Part shown: in pieces, positions 38,001-48,926 of the stretch
Numbering within the stretch: position 1 is the first letter of the stretch
How the letters are laid out: each line of letters begins with the position of its first letter
Origin: an uncultured Gammaproteobacteria bacterium
Lineage (GTDB): Bacteria; Patescibacteriota; Patescibacteriia; SBBC01; CAIJZX01
Reading direction: 5' to 3'
Assembly: GCA_964397195.1 (NCBI GenBank)
Contig: CAYNGY010000002.1
Location: forward strand, 116,012 to 180,011
DNA: 64,000 nucleotides
Translations under genes and position numbers: made by a program
The notes under the pieces: generated by a model
Told to the model about the DNA's origin: nothing
Database searches by the model: none
Seen by the model: the letters and a program-made list of their open reading frames with translations, nothing else

Positions 38001-38966
38001 TTATGGTGCGAATGGGCCAATGTAGTAGGCTTGGAGCGTTGTATTGAGTGCTTTGCTGGAGTGGGAATGGCCACCGGCTGACCCAATAAACGCGCTGTAC
38101 ATATTCTTGCCACAGTATGGAACGATGACGTCGCCTCCGGGGTGTTGGCTTGGCTTACTGACGTAGGCGGTGACGTTGTAGACCTTATTGAGCGGGCTGA
38201 GGTAGACCCAGCAATTGCTCCGGGTGCTATGCGCCGCCACGTCTGCCGTTGTGCATGATCCGCCTTGACCACACGCGGGTGGTGTTGGGGTTGGCGTGGG
38301 TGTTGGGGTTGGTGGTGGGGCGGTATTGGTGTTGGCTGGCGGCGTACTGGTATTCGTTGGTGTGCTGGGCGTATGTGTGGTTGGTGAGGAAGGATTGGAA
38401 TTCGTTGGGGTGTTGGCGGTTGGTTTGGCGGTATTTTTATTTGGGGTGCTTGTTTTTGTGTTGGTGTTTTTGGTTGGCGTTGTCGGTTTGGTAGGAGTCG
38501 GAGTTGGCGTGGTGGCGACTTGTGTCGGGGTGGTCGCGGAAACAGATATTGGATCAGATGCGGCAACGTTCAATGAATTGACGGTGGTGACGGTGTAGAC
38601 GTAGGTGGTGCTGGGGAGCAATACGAAGTCGATAAACTGGGTTCCGTAGACCACGCCAATAAATGTGTCATTGCGGGTGATCGCATATCCGTGGGCCCCG
38701 ACGACGGCGTCCCAGCTCACCGTCACGTCGGTACCAGTGACAGACGTGGTGACGTTTGCTGGTGAGGACAGGAGAACCGACGGAGTGCTATTGGTGTTTA
38801 CACTGGCGTTGGTGACCGTGGTCTCGTTGGTAGTCGTGTTAGTTGGGGCGATCGTTTCGATCGAGAGCGAGTGCGCATTCGGCCATCGTCCCGGACCTTC
38901 ATGCTTGAGCCACCAACCAAAAACCACCAGCGAGGAGCAGATAATGAAAACAATAATAATTCTCAT
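38001..38966 (-). CDS. membrane-anchored FN3 + P/T/N linker + cytochrome b5-like heme-binding domain
   Basis: DVAAHSTRSNCWV...VYNVT...HPGG...CG...HS cytochrome b5 motifs. Confidence 0.85.
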   Translation of the reverse strand: MRIIIVFIICSSLVVFGWWLKHEGPGRWPNAHSLSIETIAPTNTTTNETTVTNASVNTNSTPSVLLSSPANVTTSVTGTDVTVSWDAVVGAHGYAITRNDTFIGVVYGTQFIDFVLLPSTTYVYTVTTVNSLNVAASDPISVSATTPTQVATTPTPTPTKPTTPTKNTNTKTSTPNKNTAKPTANTPTNSNPSSPTTHTPSTPTNTSTPPANTNTAPPPTPTPTPTPTPPACGQGGSCTTADVAAHSTRSNCWVYLSPLNKVYNVTAYVSKPSQHPGGDVIVPYCGKNMYSAFIGSAGGHSHSSKALNTTLQAYYIGPFAP

Positions 38967-39868
38967 GGGGCGGTGACGGTGATTGTGCCGGTCTGGGTCG
39001 AGCCATCGCTTTTTTTGTAGGTGTACGTTCCAACGGATGAGAAGGTCACGGTTTTACTGGTGTGATCATGATCGAGCTTAACCGACGTGCTGATGCTCGG
39101 AGTGAAGCGGAGAATAACCTCGTCGCCCTCGCCACTGGTGTAGGTAAAGGTGACGGTATCGGTGGGGTGAATCGTTAGAGACAATGGCGTGAAGACTCCA
39201 TGTTCGGTGACGGTGACCACATAGTTCTGTGGTGTATATGGGGTGGTATTGGTATTCGTCGTGGTGTTCGTATTGGTCGGGACGCTTGGAGCGGGAGCCG
39301 AGTTTGTGTTCTCATTTGTGGTTGGGGTAGTGTTTGTTGGGGCCGCGGTATTCGTATTTGTCTGCGTATTGGAATTCTTGGGAGCGGCGTTCTTGTTGGT
39401 CGTTTTCGTGGGCACCGACGCGGGTTTGGGAGTGACGACGGCGACCGGGTTTTTGATCGTGATGAGAATAAAGTTGGACGGTTGCGAAAACCGACCTAAA
39501 CCATCAATGGCTTGGATGTAATACCCATATTGCCGACTCGCAAGAACGAAGCCATCGGCAAAACGAGGTTCGGTGACTTCAGCGATCAGGAGGTTGTTGC
39601 GGACGACTCGATAACGTTTCACTTCGGGGTTACTGGAGGCATCCCAGGTGAGAAAGACGGTGTGGGGGAGCGTGGTCGTTCCGGAAAGATGTGTTGGGGC
39701 CGGAAGTGGGCTTGTAGCGGCGGTCAATACTTCAGCCGGCGGCGGTGTCGGCGTATTGAGGCCAACTTCGCTAACGACAACGGGCGTTCGCGTCCGTTGT
39801 GGCCACAATGCCGCGACGCCGGTAAAGAGCGAGACGGCCACGAGGGCATAAAACAAGTTTATTTTCAT
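38963..39868 (-). CDS. secreted FN3 + NTN linker + cupredoxin-fold domain protein
   Basis: LTWDAS..Y.V.RN FN3; FTPLSLTIHPTDTVTF...TFSSVGTYTY...GTITV. Confidence 0.65.
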   Translation of the reverse strand: MKINLFYALVAVSLFTGVAALWPQRTRTPVVVSEVGLNTPTPPPAEVLTAATSPLPAPTHLSGTTTLPHTVFLTWDASSNPEVKRYRVVRNNLLIAEVTEPRFADGFVLASRQYGYYIQAIDGLGRFSQPSNFILITIKNPVAVVTPKPASVPTKTTNKNAAPKNSNTQTNTNTAAPTNTTPTTNENTNSAPAPSVPTNTNTTTNTNTTPYTPQNYVVTVTEHGVFTPLSLTIHPTDTVTFTYTSGEGDEVILRFTPSISTSVKLDHDHTSKTVTFSSVGTYTYKKSDGSTQTGTITVTAP

Positions 39869-39973
39869 ACCAAAAACAGGATGTTATCGCCAGCGACTAT
39901 ACCATATTCTGGCTGGGAATTAAATGGACACGCCCTGAAAACAAAAACACCCCACGGTTTAGTGAGATCCTTT

Positions 39974-40048
39974 TGGTTGCGGGGGTGGGAATTGAACCCA
40001 CTACCTGCGGATTATGAGCCCGCCATGCAGCCGTTACACTTCCCCGCG
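39974..40048 (-). tRNA. initiator-type tRNA-Met (CAT), atypical
   Basis: CGCGGGG...CCCCGCA-ACCA with C1:A72 mismatch; CTCATAA loop; GGTTCAATTCC T arm. Confidence 0.85.
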
Positions 40049-40070
40049 GGATATGTTTACCCTATTCGGG

Positions 40071-40766
40071 CTATTTTGGCAAGTCCGCTGTTTCCGCGCT
40101 GGCCGCGTCGACCAAGTGCTCTAGGTCGTTGATGACTATGGTCGTCAACGATTCCGTGATGATATCCGGCTGTTGTTGAAGGTCTTGTCGGGCGTGTGGG
40201 CCAAGTCCGAGCGTATGCATTCCGGCTGCCTTCGCTGCGCACACGCCGGCTAAACCATCTTCGATGACGATACATCGATTCGGCCTGACCCCGAGATGTT
40301 CGGCGGCGGCGAGATATCCTTCGGGGTCTGGTTTCCCGCGCCGAACGTCATCCGCGCCGATGATGATTTGGACATAATGGTCGATGCCGAGCAGTTTCAA
40401 AATCGTTTCGACGGCGGTGTGACGCGAGGCTGAAACCACGGCGATTGACCAGCCGTGCCGAGCGCCACTCAACAAGAGCTCCCGACCGCCGGGGATGGCA
40501 TCAGCGCGACGGGGGAGTTGGCGCAAAAACTCCTCCCATTTTTCAGTAATGGCATGTTGAATGTCGAGCGGTTGGCCATGTTCATCGGCGAGCGTCGAGA
40601 ACCATTCTTCGTTTTTGACCCCCGAAAAGCGGCGCGAAATTTCTTGGGGCTCAATCGTAATCCCATGTCGGGCCAAAACGGTTGATTCGACTTCCGCGTG
40701 TAAAGACTGGGTGTCGGAGAGGACACCATCGAGGTCGAAGAGAAGCGCGCGACCGGAAGAAGACAT
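40071..40766 (-). CDS. HAD-family phosphatase (beta-PGM-like)
   Basis: FDLDGVLSDT; KPDPEGY; IEDGLAGV. Confidence 0.9.
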   Translation of the reverse strand: MSSSGRALLFDLDGVLSDTQSLHAEVESTVLARHGITIEPQEISRRFSGVKNEEWFSTLADEHGQPLDIQHAITEKWEEFLRQLPRRADAIPGGRELLLSGARHGWSIAVVSASRHTAVETILKLLGIDHYVQIIIGADDVRRGKPDPEGYLAAAEHLGVRPNRCIVIEDGLAGVCAAKAAGMHTLGLGPHARQDLQQQPDIITESLTTIVINDLEHLVDAASAETADLPK

Positions 40767-40784
40767 GTGATGATAATAGGTGTT

Positions 40785-40870
40785 TGGTGCCGGAGAAGGG
40801 AGTCGAACCCTTAATCCCTTACGGGAACGCGATTTTGAGTCGCGCGCGTATGCCATTCCGCCACTCCGGC
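40785..40870 (-). tRNA. tRNA-Leu (CAA)
   Basis: GCCGGAGTGGCGGAATGG...CGCGA-CTCAAAA-TCGCG, long variable arm, GGTTCGACTCC, CCA. Confidence 0.95.
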
Positions 40871-40961
40871 GTCGCGCCACTGAGTAAAGCATGGACAGAA
40901 AAACTGGTCAACGGCTATTTTGCGACCGAGGGTAAAAAATGGTATACTCAGCGGGCTTTTT

Positions 40962-41738
40962 ATGGCGCGCGTCATTGCTATCGTCAATCAAAAAGGTGGT
41001 GTTGGGAAGACGACCACGGCCATCAATCTCGGCGCCTATTTAGCGCGGATGGGACAGCGGGTACTGCTGATCGATCTCGACCCCCAAGCGAATGCCACCA
41101 GCGGGCTAGGCGTTGATCATCGGAAGCTCGAAAAGGGGATTTACGAGGTGCTGGTGAGTCCGACGCGCTTGCAGGATGTCATTGTCGGGACACCGATTGA
41201 CCGACTGCATCTGGCACCGGCGACGGTGGCGCTCGCGGGAGCATCTGTTGAGCTCGTACCGCTCGAACGTCGTGAATGGTTGCTCCGCGATAACCTGCGT
41301 GACTTGCTGGATCGGTATGACTATGTGCTGATTGATGCGCCGCCGACGCTCGGTCTCCTGACAATTAACAGCTTAGTGGCCGCCGATGAAGTCTTGATTC
41401 CGGTTCAATCAGAATACTACTCACTCGAGGGCCTCGGACAACTCTTGGAGACCGTCGATCTCGTCAAAGAGAATTTACATAGTGATCTCCAGATGCTCGG
41501 GGTGGTACTAACGATGTTTGATCCGCAATTTCGATTGTCTGACGCGGTGTTAACCGAGTTGTATAAATACGTGCCGAGCCATCAAATTTTTCGCTCGGTC
41601 ATTCCACGGAATATCCGGCTGGCCGAAGCCCCATCGTATGGACAAACCATTGCCGAATACGATCCGTACTCTGCTGGTGCGAAAGCATATAAAAAACTAG
41701 CCAAAGAAGTTCACTTAAAACCAACATCGCATGACTGA
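40962..41738 (+). CDS. parA: ParA/Soj ATPase
   Basis: NQKGGVGKTTT; DLDPQANAT; IPRNIRLAEAPSYG. Confidence 0.95.
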   Translation: MARVIAIVNQKGGVGKTTTAINLGAYLARMGQRVLLIDLDPQANATSGLGVDHRKLEKGIYEVLVSPTRLQDVIVGTPIDRLHLAPATVALAGASVELVPLERREWLLRDNLRDLLDRYDYVLIDAPPTLGLLTINSLVAADEVLIPVQSEYYSLEGLGQLLETVDLVKENLHSDLQMLGVVLTMFDPQFRLSDAVLTELYKYVPSHQIFRSVIPRNIRLAEAPSYGQTIAEYDPYSAGAKAYKKLAKEVHLKPTSHD

Positions 41739-42726
41739 CCATCCGCTCGGCCGGGGTCTCGGGTCGTTGATTCCACCCCGAGCTCGTCCGATTTCACCTC
41801 CTCCATCGGCGCCCCTGACGCCACCGCCGGCGCCGCGGATTGTCACGGAACCTATTTCGGTTTCACCGAACCCGGTGGCACCGGTGGCTATGCCGATCGT
41901 CAAACAGGCACCGACAGCTCCGCTGCCGACGGTCTCGCGTCGCGAAGGGCGCGCCGCCCCGCGGTTGCTTGATATTCCGATCGACTTGGTCGATCCAAAT
42001 CCTCATCAGCCGCGCCGCTCGTTTGAGCCGGAGGCGCTTGAAGACCTGGTCCGCTCCATTCGTCAGCACGGAATTATTCAGCCGCTGGTGGTGACGCGGA
42101 ATGGAGAGCGATTCGAACTTATCGCCGGTGAGCGACGACTACGGGCCTCAAAACTTCTCGGTCTGACGACGGTGCCGGCCATTGTTCGTGAAACCCATGA
42201 ACTCGAGCAATTGGAATTGGCGATTGTCGAGAATGTCCAACGACAAGATTTGAACCCAGTCGAAGAGTCGCTCGCTTATCAGCAGCTGCTCGATGAATTT
42301 GGGATGACCCAAGAAGAGGTCGCGCAAAAAGTTGGTAAATCCCGAACGACGGTGGCGAATGCCTTACGACTCCTGACCTTGCCGCCGGAAATGCTGAGTG
42401 CCCTGCGCGATGGAAAAATTACGGCGAGTCACGGCAAGGTCTTACTCTCGGCGGTTACGCCCCATGAGCGTGAAAAATTGTATCGGCAGATTATTGATGA
42501 TCAGTTACCCGTGCGGGCCGCCGGATCGATTGGACGGGCCACGACCGTGCGTCGCCATGTACGCCGAAAAACGGACCCGCTTATTATTGCGGCCGAGGAT
42601 GAACTTCGAAATCATTTTGGAACAAAAGTCACTATTTCTAAACGCGATGAACGCGGATCGGTCAGTATCGAGTTTTACTCGGAAGAAGAGTATCTCGCAC
42701 TCCTGAATCGACTGCGCTCGCTCTAA
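41731..42726 (+). CDS. parB: ParB/Spo0J partition protein
   Basis: LGRGLGSLI; NPHQPR; IAGERRLRA; ENVQRQDLNPVEE; HTH. Confidence 0.95.
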   Translation: MTDHPLGRGLGSLIPPRARPISPPPSAPLTPPPAPRIVTEPISVSPNPVAPVAMPIVKQAPTAPLPTVSRREGRAAPRLLDIPIDLVDPNPHQPRRSFEPEALEDLVRSIRQHGIIQPLVVTRNGERFELIAGERRLRASKLLGLTTVPAIVRETHELEQLELAIVENVQRQDLNPVEESLAYQQLLDEFGMTQEEVAQKVGKSRTTVANALRLLTLPPEMLSALRDGKITASHGKVLLSAVTPHEREKLYRQIIDDQLPVRAAGSIGRATTVRRHVRRKTDPLIIAAEDELRNHFGTKVTISKRDERGSVSIEFYSEEEYLALLNRLRSL

Positions 42727-42733
42727 TCGTTGT

Positions 42734-45019
42734 ATGCCAACACGAACATCATCAAAAAAGAAACCAAACATCGTCAGCCGCATCGTCTCGGCCTTTGTGC
42801 CGACTGACCGTGGGGCGAATTGGGAAACGGCCGCCCGTGCCTGGACCGCGGTCGGGCTCTTTTTGCTGCCGCTGGTCGTTGTGCCGTGGAGCAGTGACGC
42901 CTGGGAACTGCATAAGCTCGGTGTGTTAGTCCTGACGGTGCTCGGCGGGTGGGTCTGTTATGTGGTGGCGATGCTGAAACGGAAGAGTGACCGCTGGGCG
43001 TGGCACCCGCTCGATATTCTGGTCCTGATCTTCGGGCTGGTAGCGACGGTCAGTATGGCAACATCGGTCAACTGGTGGGTGAGTTTTGTCGGCGTGCCGG
43101 GCTGGACAAGCCAGTCGCTGATTGCGATTTGGTCATTCGTCGGTTTGTATTTCTTAGTGGCCAAGCTTTTTGTGACGCCGGCAGATCGACGCTTGGTCTG
43201 GTTTGTCTTACTCGGAAGCTTAGCCACAAGCTTTGCCTTACAGATGTTCCAGTTCGCGAACCTATCGTTCCTCTGGGCGCCGCTCGACAGTAACCGCTGG
43301 ATTAGCACGCTCGGGAATTTAAATCTCCATGTTTCAATTATTGCCGCGGTATTTGCGACGGCCATGCTGCTCTTTTGGTCGGCCGAACAGGAAAAATGGG
43401 TCAAACTGATGCTGGCGGTTGGCGTGTTGCTGAGCTGGTTAGTGCTACTCTTTTCCGGTCGGGCGGTGGCCTGGGCGGTGTTTGCGCTCGGGATGGTCAT
43501 CGTCGTCTTCCATCAGTCCCGCGAAGAGAAGAAGGTCAATGTCCGCCTGATTATGGTTGTCGTCGGTATTGCCGCGATCGGGTTAATCGCCCAGTTGGCG
43601 CACGTGGCCGAACGAAGCGGACTACCGGCCTTTCGGGAATTAACCCTCGACCAGTCAACGACGGCGGCCATCGCGTTTTCGACGGTGGCGGATCGCCCGG
43701 CGTTCGGTTCCGGACCGGCGACATGGTACTACGATTTTGTTTCCCATCGTCCCGAGTCGTTTAACCAGAGTGCGGCCTGGGACCTGCGTTTCACACAAGG
43801 CGGGAGTGCCTGGCTCCAGTCATTTGCGACGCTGGGCATTGGGGGAACAATCATCCTTTTCGGTATTCTTGCCCTCGGCGCGGTGATGGCCTGGTTCGGG
43901 TGGCGTCGTACCGGTGATCCGTTCTTGTTGCTGACGACGTTTGTTGGTGCCGTCGCGATTCTAAGTGGCTTTGTCACGATCTGGTCATTTACCTTCTTGG
44001 TCATGGCCTGGGTCGGCTTAGGGTTAGCCCGGACAACGGTGGCCGATTGGTCGGTCATTAAGCGCTCCGCTCTACCGGCCTGGTCATACACAGTCATCGC
44101 TCTTGGTGCGGTCGTGTCGATTGTGGTTTTAATTCCATTTGTTGGCGCCTACGTTTCGGACGCGGTGACGTATCATGCGGCCCAGCGGGTTCAGAGTGCG
44201 GCGACACGAGAACAGGCCATCGCTGAATTCCGGTTGGCGCTTGATTGGAACGGACGAAATGCCGATGCGGCAAAACTCCTGATTACGACGTACGCCGATC
44301 GGATTAATGACTTGGTTGATGCGAAGAAGAATGATCAAGCCTCGGCCTTGGTAGCGAAATTAACATCGGTGGTGTCCGTGGCGATGCAACGCGATCCGGA
44401 GAATCCACAAATTATTGAAGCCGCGAACCAGGCCTTGAACGCGCTGGCCTACGCGATTCCCGATGCGATTACGCAGGCCCAGACGAACTTTGTCGCTTTG
44501 CAGGCGCTTGAACCGATGAGTCCGATTCATGACGTCGGGTACGGCCAAACGGTGATGGCGCTCGTTACGAAAACCGATTCCTATACACCAACCGTGACGG
44601 AGATCGATACGGCGTTGAAAAAAGCGGTGGCGGTCTATCACCGTGCACTCCAGAAAAAGCCGGGGTATTTCCAAGCGCGGTATTCCCTGATGCAGGCGTA
44701 TATCCAAGCGGAAAAATACACCGAGGCGCTGGCGGTCTTTACCGATACGCCGCGTCTCCAGGCCTATGAACAAGCCTACGTCTATATGGGGGCGGCCAAG
44801 GCTTATGCGGGCCTCAAGAAGCCACACGAGGCCGGGGAGGCCGTGGTCGCGGCGATTCAAGCCTACCCGAGCAGTGCCTCTGTCTATATCGCAGCGGCCG
44901 ATTACTACCTCGAAGCGAAAGAGACCGCGGCGGCGAAAGAGGTGCTGACCCTTGGACAGAAGGTCTACCCGAACGACACGGATATCGCCGATAAACTGAA
45001 AACGCTCGACAAGAAGTAA
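42734..45019 (+). CDS. O-antigen-ligase/OTase-like multi-TM protein with C-terminal TPR repeats
   Basis: about 13 TMs; STLGN; RPAFGSGP; ATLGIGG; helical TPR tail. Confidence 0.7.
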   Translation: MPTRTSSKKKPNIVSRIVSAFVPTDRGANWETAARAWTAVGLFLLPLVVVPWSSDAWELHKLGVLVLTVLGGWVCYVVAMLKRKSDRWAWHPLDILVLIFGLVATVSMATSVNWWVSFVGVPGWTSQSLIAIWSFVGLYFLVAKLFVTPADRRLVWFVLLGSLATSFALQMFQFANLSFLWAPLDSNRWISTLGNLNLHVSIIAAVFATAMLLFWSAEQEKWVKLMLAVGVLLSWLVLLFSGRAVAWAVFALGMVIVVFHQSREEKKVNVRLIMVVVGIAAIGLIAQLAHVAERSGLPAFRELTLDQSTTAAIAFSTVADRPAFGSGPATWYYDFVSHRPESFNQSAAWDLRFTQGGSAWLQSFATLGIGGTIILFGILALGAVMAWFGWRRTGDPFLLLTTFVGAVAILSGFVTIWSFTFLVMAWVGLGLARTTVADWSVIKRSALPAWSYTVIALGAVVSIVVLIPFVGAYVSDAVTYHAAQRVQSAATREQAIAEFRLALDWNGRNADAAKLLITTYADRINDLVDAKKNDQASALVAKLTSVVSVAMQRDPENPQIIEAANQALNALAYAIPDAITQAQTNFVALQALEPMSPIHDVGYGQTVMALVTKTDSYTPTVTEIDTALKKAVAVYHRALQKKPGYFQARYSLMQAYIQAEKYTEALAVFTDTPRLQAYEQAYVYMGAAKAYAGLKKPHEAGEAVVAAIQAYPSSASVYIAAADYYLEAKETAAAKEVLTLGQKVYPNDTDIADKLKTLDKK

Positions 45020-45033
45020 ATCGACTTCACCCG

Positions 45034-45062
45034 AAAGGGCCCGCGATGAACGGGCTCTTTTT
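45034..45062 (+). terminator. intrinsic terminator
   Basis: AGGGCCCG-loop-CGGGCTCT then TTTT. Confidence 0.7.
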
Positions 45063-45204
45063 GTTGGCAGGTGGCACCCGTTACGTTTTTACTCGGTCAG
45101 ACGTTAAAACTCGCATGGGGTCAGGTCACGGGAAAAAATGCCTATTTGTTGGCCAACAGAAAAAAGTCGCTTGACGGCAGAGCTGACGTATTCTGTAATC
45201 GCGG

Positions 45205-47796
45205 CTAACTCGACTTCCGCCGGCGCCCTTTCGGTCGTTTTGGCGCGTGTTCGCGGGCGGCGATGAGCTCAACCGCTTCGTCGATGGTGAGCGCTTCCGG
45301 CTTGGTACCGCGGGGGAGTGAAGCGTTGGTGGAGCCATCGGTTACATACGGTCCGTAGCGACCACTCAAAATCTTGAGCGCGAGTTTTGAGGTCGGATGT
45401 TCGCCGAGCTCACGCAGGGTGGTGGCGGTGCGGCGACCGCGGCCTTTCTTTTCTTCGGCCAAGAGGGCCAGACACTGTTCGAGGGTAATGTGGATTGGGT
45501 CCATGCCCTCGGGGATACTGCGGGTGTCGGTGGCACATTTAATGTACGGACCGAAGCGCCCATTCGCCGCCAAGATTGGTTCATGTGAGTCGGGGTGTTC
45601 GCCGACGGTGCGGGGGAGCGCGAGCAGGGCGAGCGCTTCGTCGATAGAAATAGTCACTGGATCCATCCCCGTCAAAAGCGAAGCCATTTTTGGCTTTTGC
45701 GTGTCACTCGGTTCGCCCTTCTTTTTTCGTTTCGGCTTGATTGGTTTTCCGTTCTCATCTTTTTCCGCGACTGGCATTTCGCCGAGCTGGACATACGGGC
45801 CGAAACGTCCAACTTTCGCGTAGACGTTTTTGCCGGTGGCCGGATCCTGGCCGATGACGCGGTCGGACGTTTTTGCCGACTCGAGAATTTGCATGGCTCG
45901 CTCGACGGTTAATTCATCCGGAGCGACATCATCAGGGATGGATGAGGTTTTGTCCTGCCAACGGATAAACGGACCGTATCGACCAATGCGGACTTCAACT
46001 GGGACGCCGTCTTTTTCCCCAATCGGGACGCCGCTGGTCAGGCGCGGGTCGATCGTGTCTTTGACCGTATCGATGGTGGGCTTGAGCCCGGGGGTGCCGT
46101 CGCCGAAGTAAAAGGTGTGTAAATACTCTTGGACATTTGCCTCGCCGTTGGCGATATTATCGAGGGCGTCCTCCATCGAGGCGGTAAATCCATAATCGAC
46201 GAGGCTCCCGAGATACGTCTCGAGTAGGTTAACGACGGCGAAGGCGGTGAACGACGGAATGAGGGCGGTCCCGCGCTTTAGGACATATTCCCGACGCAGG
46301 ATGGTTTCAATAATTGAGGCATAGGTACTCGGACGACCGATGCCGCGGGTTTCTAATTCTTTGACGAGGCTGGCTTCGGTGAGTCGGGCGGGTGGTTGGG
46401 TGGTGTGGTCGCGTGGCGTGAGCGTTGATAGGCCAAGTTCCTGATTGGCGGCCAGCGGCGGCAAGACGATTTCACGCTCGGCCAGATCGGCGTCCGGGTC
46501 GTCGCTCCCTTCAACGTAGGCGCGGCGATACCCAGGGAATTCGATGGTCTTCCCTTTGGCGTGAAAATGGGCGGGGCCGAGGGCGATGACGGCGGTGGTG
46601 CGCTGTCCGTGGCAATCCGACATCTGTGAGGCGACCGTTCGTTTCCAGATCAGCTCGTAGAGTTTATAGACATCATCAGCCACCTCTTTCTTGACGGTGT
46701 CGAGGGCTTGGAATTCTTCGCCCGCCGGTCGAATGGCTTCATGGGCCTCTTGGGCGTTTTTGACCTTCGTTTGATATTGACGTCCGCCGCTGGCGAGGTA
46801 CTCCGGACCGTATTGTTCGCGAATATACTTTTGGGCGGCGGTCATGGCCTGCGATGACAAGGTCGTTGAATCTGTACGCATGTAGGTGATGTACCCGTTC
46901 TCGTACAGTTCTTGCGCCAACTGCATGGTGCGACGCGCAGAATATCGAAGTTTTCGGTTGGCGTCCTGCTGGAGGGTGCTGGTCGTGAATGGGGCTAATG
47001 GCCGCTCGGTGAACGGCTTGCGGTCGACGGAGAGGATGGTTGGTGTTTCTGTTTTCCACGATTGGCAATACGCCTCGGCTTCGGCCATAGTGATGGCCAT
47101 GGCCTTGGTGGTGAGCTGACCAGTGTTCGGATCAAAATCTTTTCCGGAGGCGAGCGGTTGGCCGTTAATGGCGTTCAGTTCGGCTTCGAAGGCGGTCTGA
47201 TCGGCGGTGAATGTCCCAACAATATCGGCGAAAGTGGCGCTGGTAAATGTCAGGCGGAGACGTTCACGTTCGACAATCAGGCGGATAGCGACACTTTGTA
47301 CCCGTCCGGCCGAAAGCCCCGGTCGAATTTTTCGCCAGAGAATCGGGGAGACCTCGTATCCGTACAGCCGATCGAGGAGGCGGCGCGCCTCTTGCGCACG
47401 AACGAGTCGTTCGTCGAGCGGGCGCGGGTGATCAACAGCTTGTTGGAGGGCGCCTTTGGTGATTTCGTGAAAGACAATTCGTTCAACCTTCTTGGCGGGA
47501 ATCTTTAACAGCTCGGCGAGGTGCCAGGAGATGGCTTCGCCTTCGCGGTCTTCATCAGTCGCGAAGAGGACGCGGTCGGCTTTGCTGGCCCGTTTTCGTA
47601 GATCGGCGACGACGGTTTTACTCCCGCTCGGAACTTCGTATTCCGGGGTGAAGCCGTGTTCAATGTCGATACCCATGGTGCTTCGCGGCAAGTCGCGGAC
47701 ATGTCCGTATGACGACTGGACATCAAAATCCCGTCCTAAAAATTCACGGATCTTTTTTGCTTTGGTCGGGGATTCGACGATGACGAGTGAACTCAT
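45205..47796 (-). CDS. topA: DNA topoisomerase I with Toprim_C repeats
   Basis: [11 protein letters not shown]; ATDEDREGE; SAGRVQS; ITYMRTDS; repeated GRYGPY. Confidence 0.97.
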   Translation of the reverse strand: MSSLVIVESPTKAKKIREFLGRDFDVQSSYGHVRDLPRSTMGIDIEHGFTPEYEVPSGSKTVVADLRKRASKADRVLFATDEDREGEAISWHLAELLKIPAKKVERIVFHEITKGALQQAVDHPRPLDERLVRAQEARRLLDRLYGYEVSPILWRKIRPGLSAGRVQSVAIRLIVERERLRLTFTSATFADIVGTFTADQTAFEAELNAINGQPLASGKDFDPNTGQLTTKAMAITMAEAEAYCQSWKTETPTILSVDRKPFTERPLAPFTTSTLQQDANRKLRYSARRTMQLAQELYENGYITYMRTDSTTLSSQAMTAAQKYIREQYGPEYLASGGRQYQTKVKNAQEAHEAIRPAGEEFQALDTVKKEVADDVYKLYELIWKRTVASQMSDCHGQRTTAVIALGPAHFHAKGKTIEFPGYRRAYVEGSDDPDADLAEREIVLPPLAANQELGLSTLTPRDHTTQPPARLTEASLVKELETRGIGRPSTYASIIETILRREYVLKRGTALIPSFTAFAVVNLLETYLGSLVDYGFTASMEDALDNIANGEANVQEYLHTFYFGDGTPGLKPTIDTVKDTIDPRLTSGVPIGEKDGVPVEVRIGRYGPFIRWQDKTSSIPDDVAPDELTVERAMQILESAKTSDRVIGQDPATGKNVYAKVGRFGPYVQLGEMPVAEKDENGKPIKPKRKKKGEPSDTQKPKMASLLTGMDPVTISIDEALALLALPRTVGEHPDSHEPILAANGRFGPYIKCATDTRSIPEGMDPIHITLEQCLALLAEEKKGRGRRTATTLRELGEHPTSKLALKILSGRYGPYVTDGSTNASLPRGTKPEALTIDEAVELIAAREHAPKRPKGRRRKSS

Positions 47797-48902
47797 GTGG
47801 CAGAAGTATAGCGCATGTCACCATGATGGCGCACGTAGCCTTGGAGTTCGAGGAACGCTAAGGTGGCGCTGATGACACTGGACTCCAGTCTACAGGCTTG
47901 TGCAATCTCGTCAATATGCCGCGGCTCAGATGGTGTGAGGTTAGCGAGAATTTCCCTTTCTACCGGGGTGTTTGGTGTGATGTGACTCGCATTAGGTGTC
48001 GCGTTTTGGAGCGTTGGGAAGGTATCCGAAAAGTGCTGAACCTCCCAAGCGGGTGTAGCACCAAGGCGAAGCCAGCTGAGTGATCCACGATTCGTGGTGC
48101 GGGTGGTATCGCCGGGTAATACGTAGCCGTCACGATTCTGGTCGACAGCAAACTTCATGGTAATGAGCGCCCCGGAGCGGTCCGGCGCCTCGACGAGCCA
48201 GGTGGCGCGACTGAGCCCGGAGATGATGCGATTCCGTTGCGGGAAGTGATGTCGCTCGGCGGATGCGCCGAGCGGCTGTTCGGTAACCAGTGCGCCGCCG
48301 GTGTCGAGGATATCATTTGCCAATATGTCGTGTTCTGGCGGATATATCTCAGTTATTCCCGTGCCCATGACCGCGATGCTAGGCGAGGAGCTTTTGACCG
48401 CGGCTTGGTGTGCGACCGCATCGATCCCAAAGGCTAAGCCGGAGATGATGCCAATGCCGCTTTCAGCTAACCCGCGCGCCACGCGTTCTGTACAGTGAAG
48501 GGCATAGGTGGAGGGGGTGCGCGTTCCGACAATGGCGATACTCGGACGATGGAGGGCCATGATCTCTCCCCGCACGTAGAGGAGTGGTGGTGGCGACGGT
48601 ATTTCCCGTAACAAGGCCGGGTACCGCTCGTCAGTGAGGGGAATAACGTGTATGCGATAACGATCAATCTCGCGCTTGGCGGATTCTTGGTCGAGTTCGG
48701 ATAGCGCGGCGACAACTTTTGATGCCCGCGCAGGATCAATACCCCAATCGATGAGCATTGTGCTTGACCAGGCGGTGATGTCGCTCGTGATGGAGTGCGT
48801 TACAATCGCCCGAAGCACGCCGTCGGTGACGGCTGGAAGTTGGTGGAGTGCCGCAAGGGACTCAGCGGAGTATGGCATTGGTGGTTCCTTCGACCAAGCC
48901 AC
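47793..48902 (-). CDS. dprA: DNA-processing protein DprA
   Basis: [10 protein letters not shown]; IVGTR; [12 protein letters not shown]; [12 protein letters not shown]; C-terminal winged helix. Confidence 0.95.
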   Translation of the reverse strand: MAWSKEPPMPYSAESLAALHQLPAVTDGVLRAIVTHSITSDITAWSSTMLIDWGIDPARASKVVAALSELDQESAKREIDRYRIHVIPLTDERYPALLREIPSPPPLLYVRGEIMALHRPSIAIVGTRTPSTYALHCTERVARGLAESGIGIISGLAFGIDAVAHQAAVKSSSPSIAVMGTGITEIYPPEHDILANDILDTGGALVTEQPLGASAERHHFPQRNRIISGLSRATWLVEAPDRSGALITMKFAVDQNRDGYVLPGDTTRTTNRGSLSWLRLGATPAWEVQHFSDTFPTLQNATPNASHITPNTPVEREILANLTPSEPRHIDEIAQACRLESSVISATLAFLELQGYVRHHGDMRYTSAT

Positions 48903-48926
48903 GGATGAAGACTAGCGACCGCTGAC

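Noticed and set aside
37994-39521. Alternative P/Q-rich and V/G-rich ORFs
   Set aside because: Off-frame or antisense readings of Pro/Thr/Asn linkers
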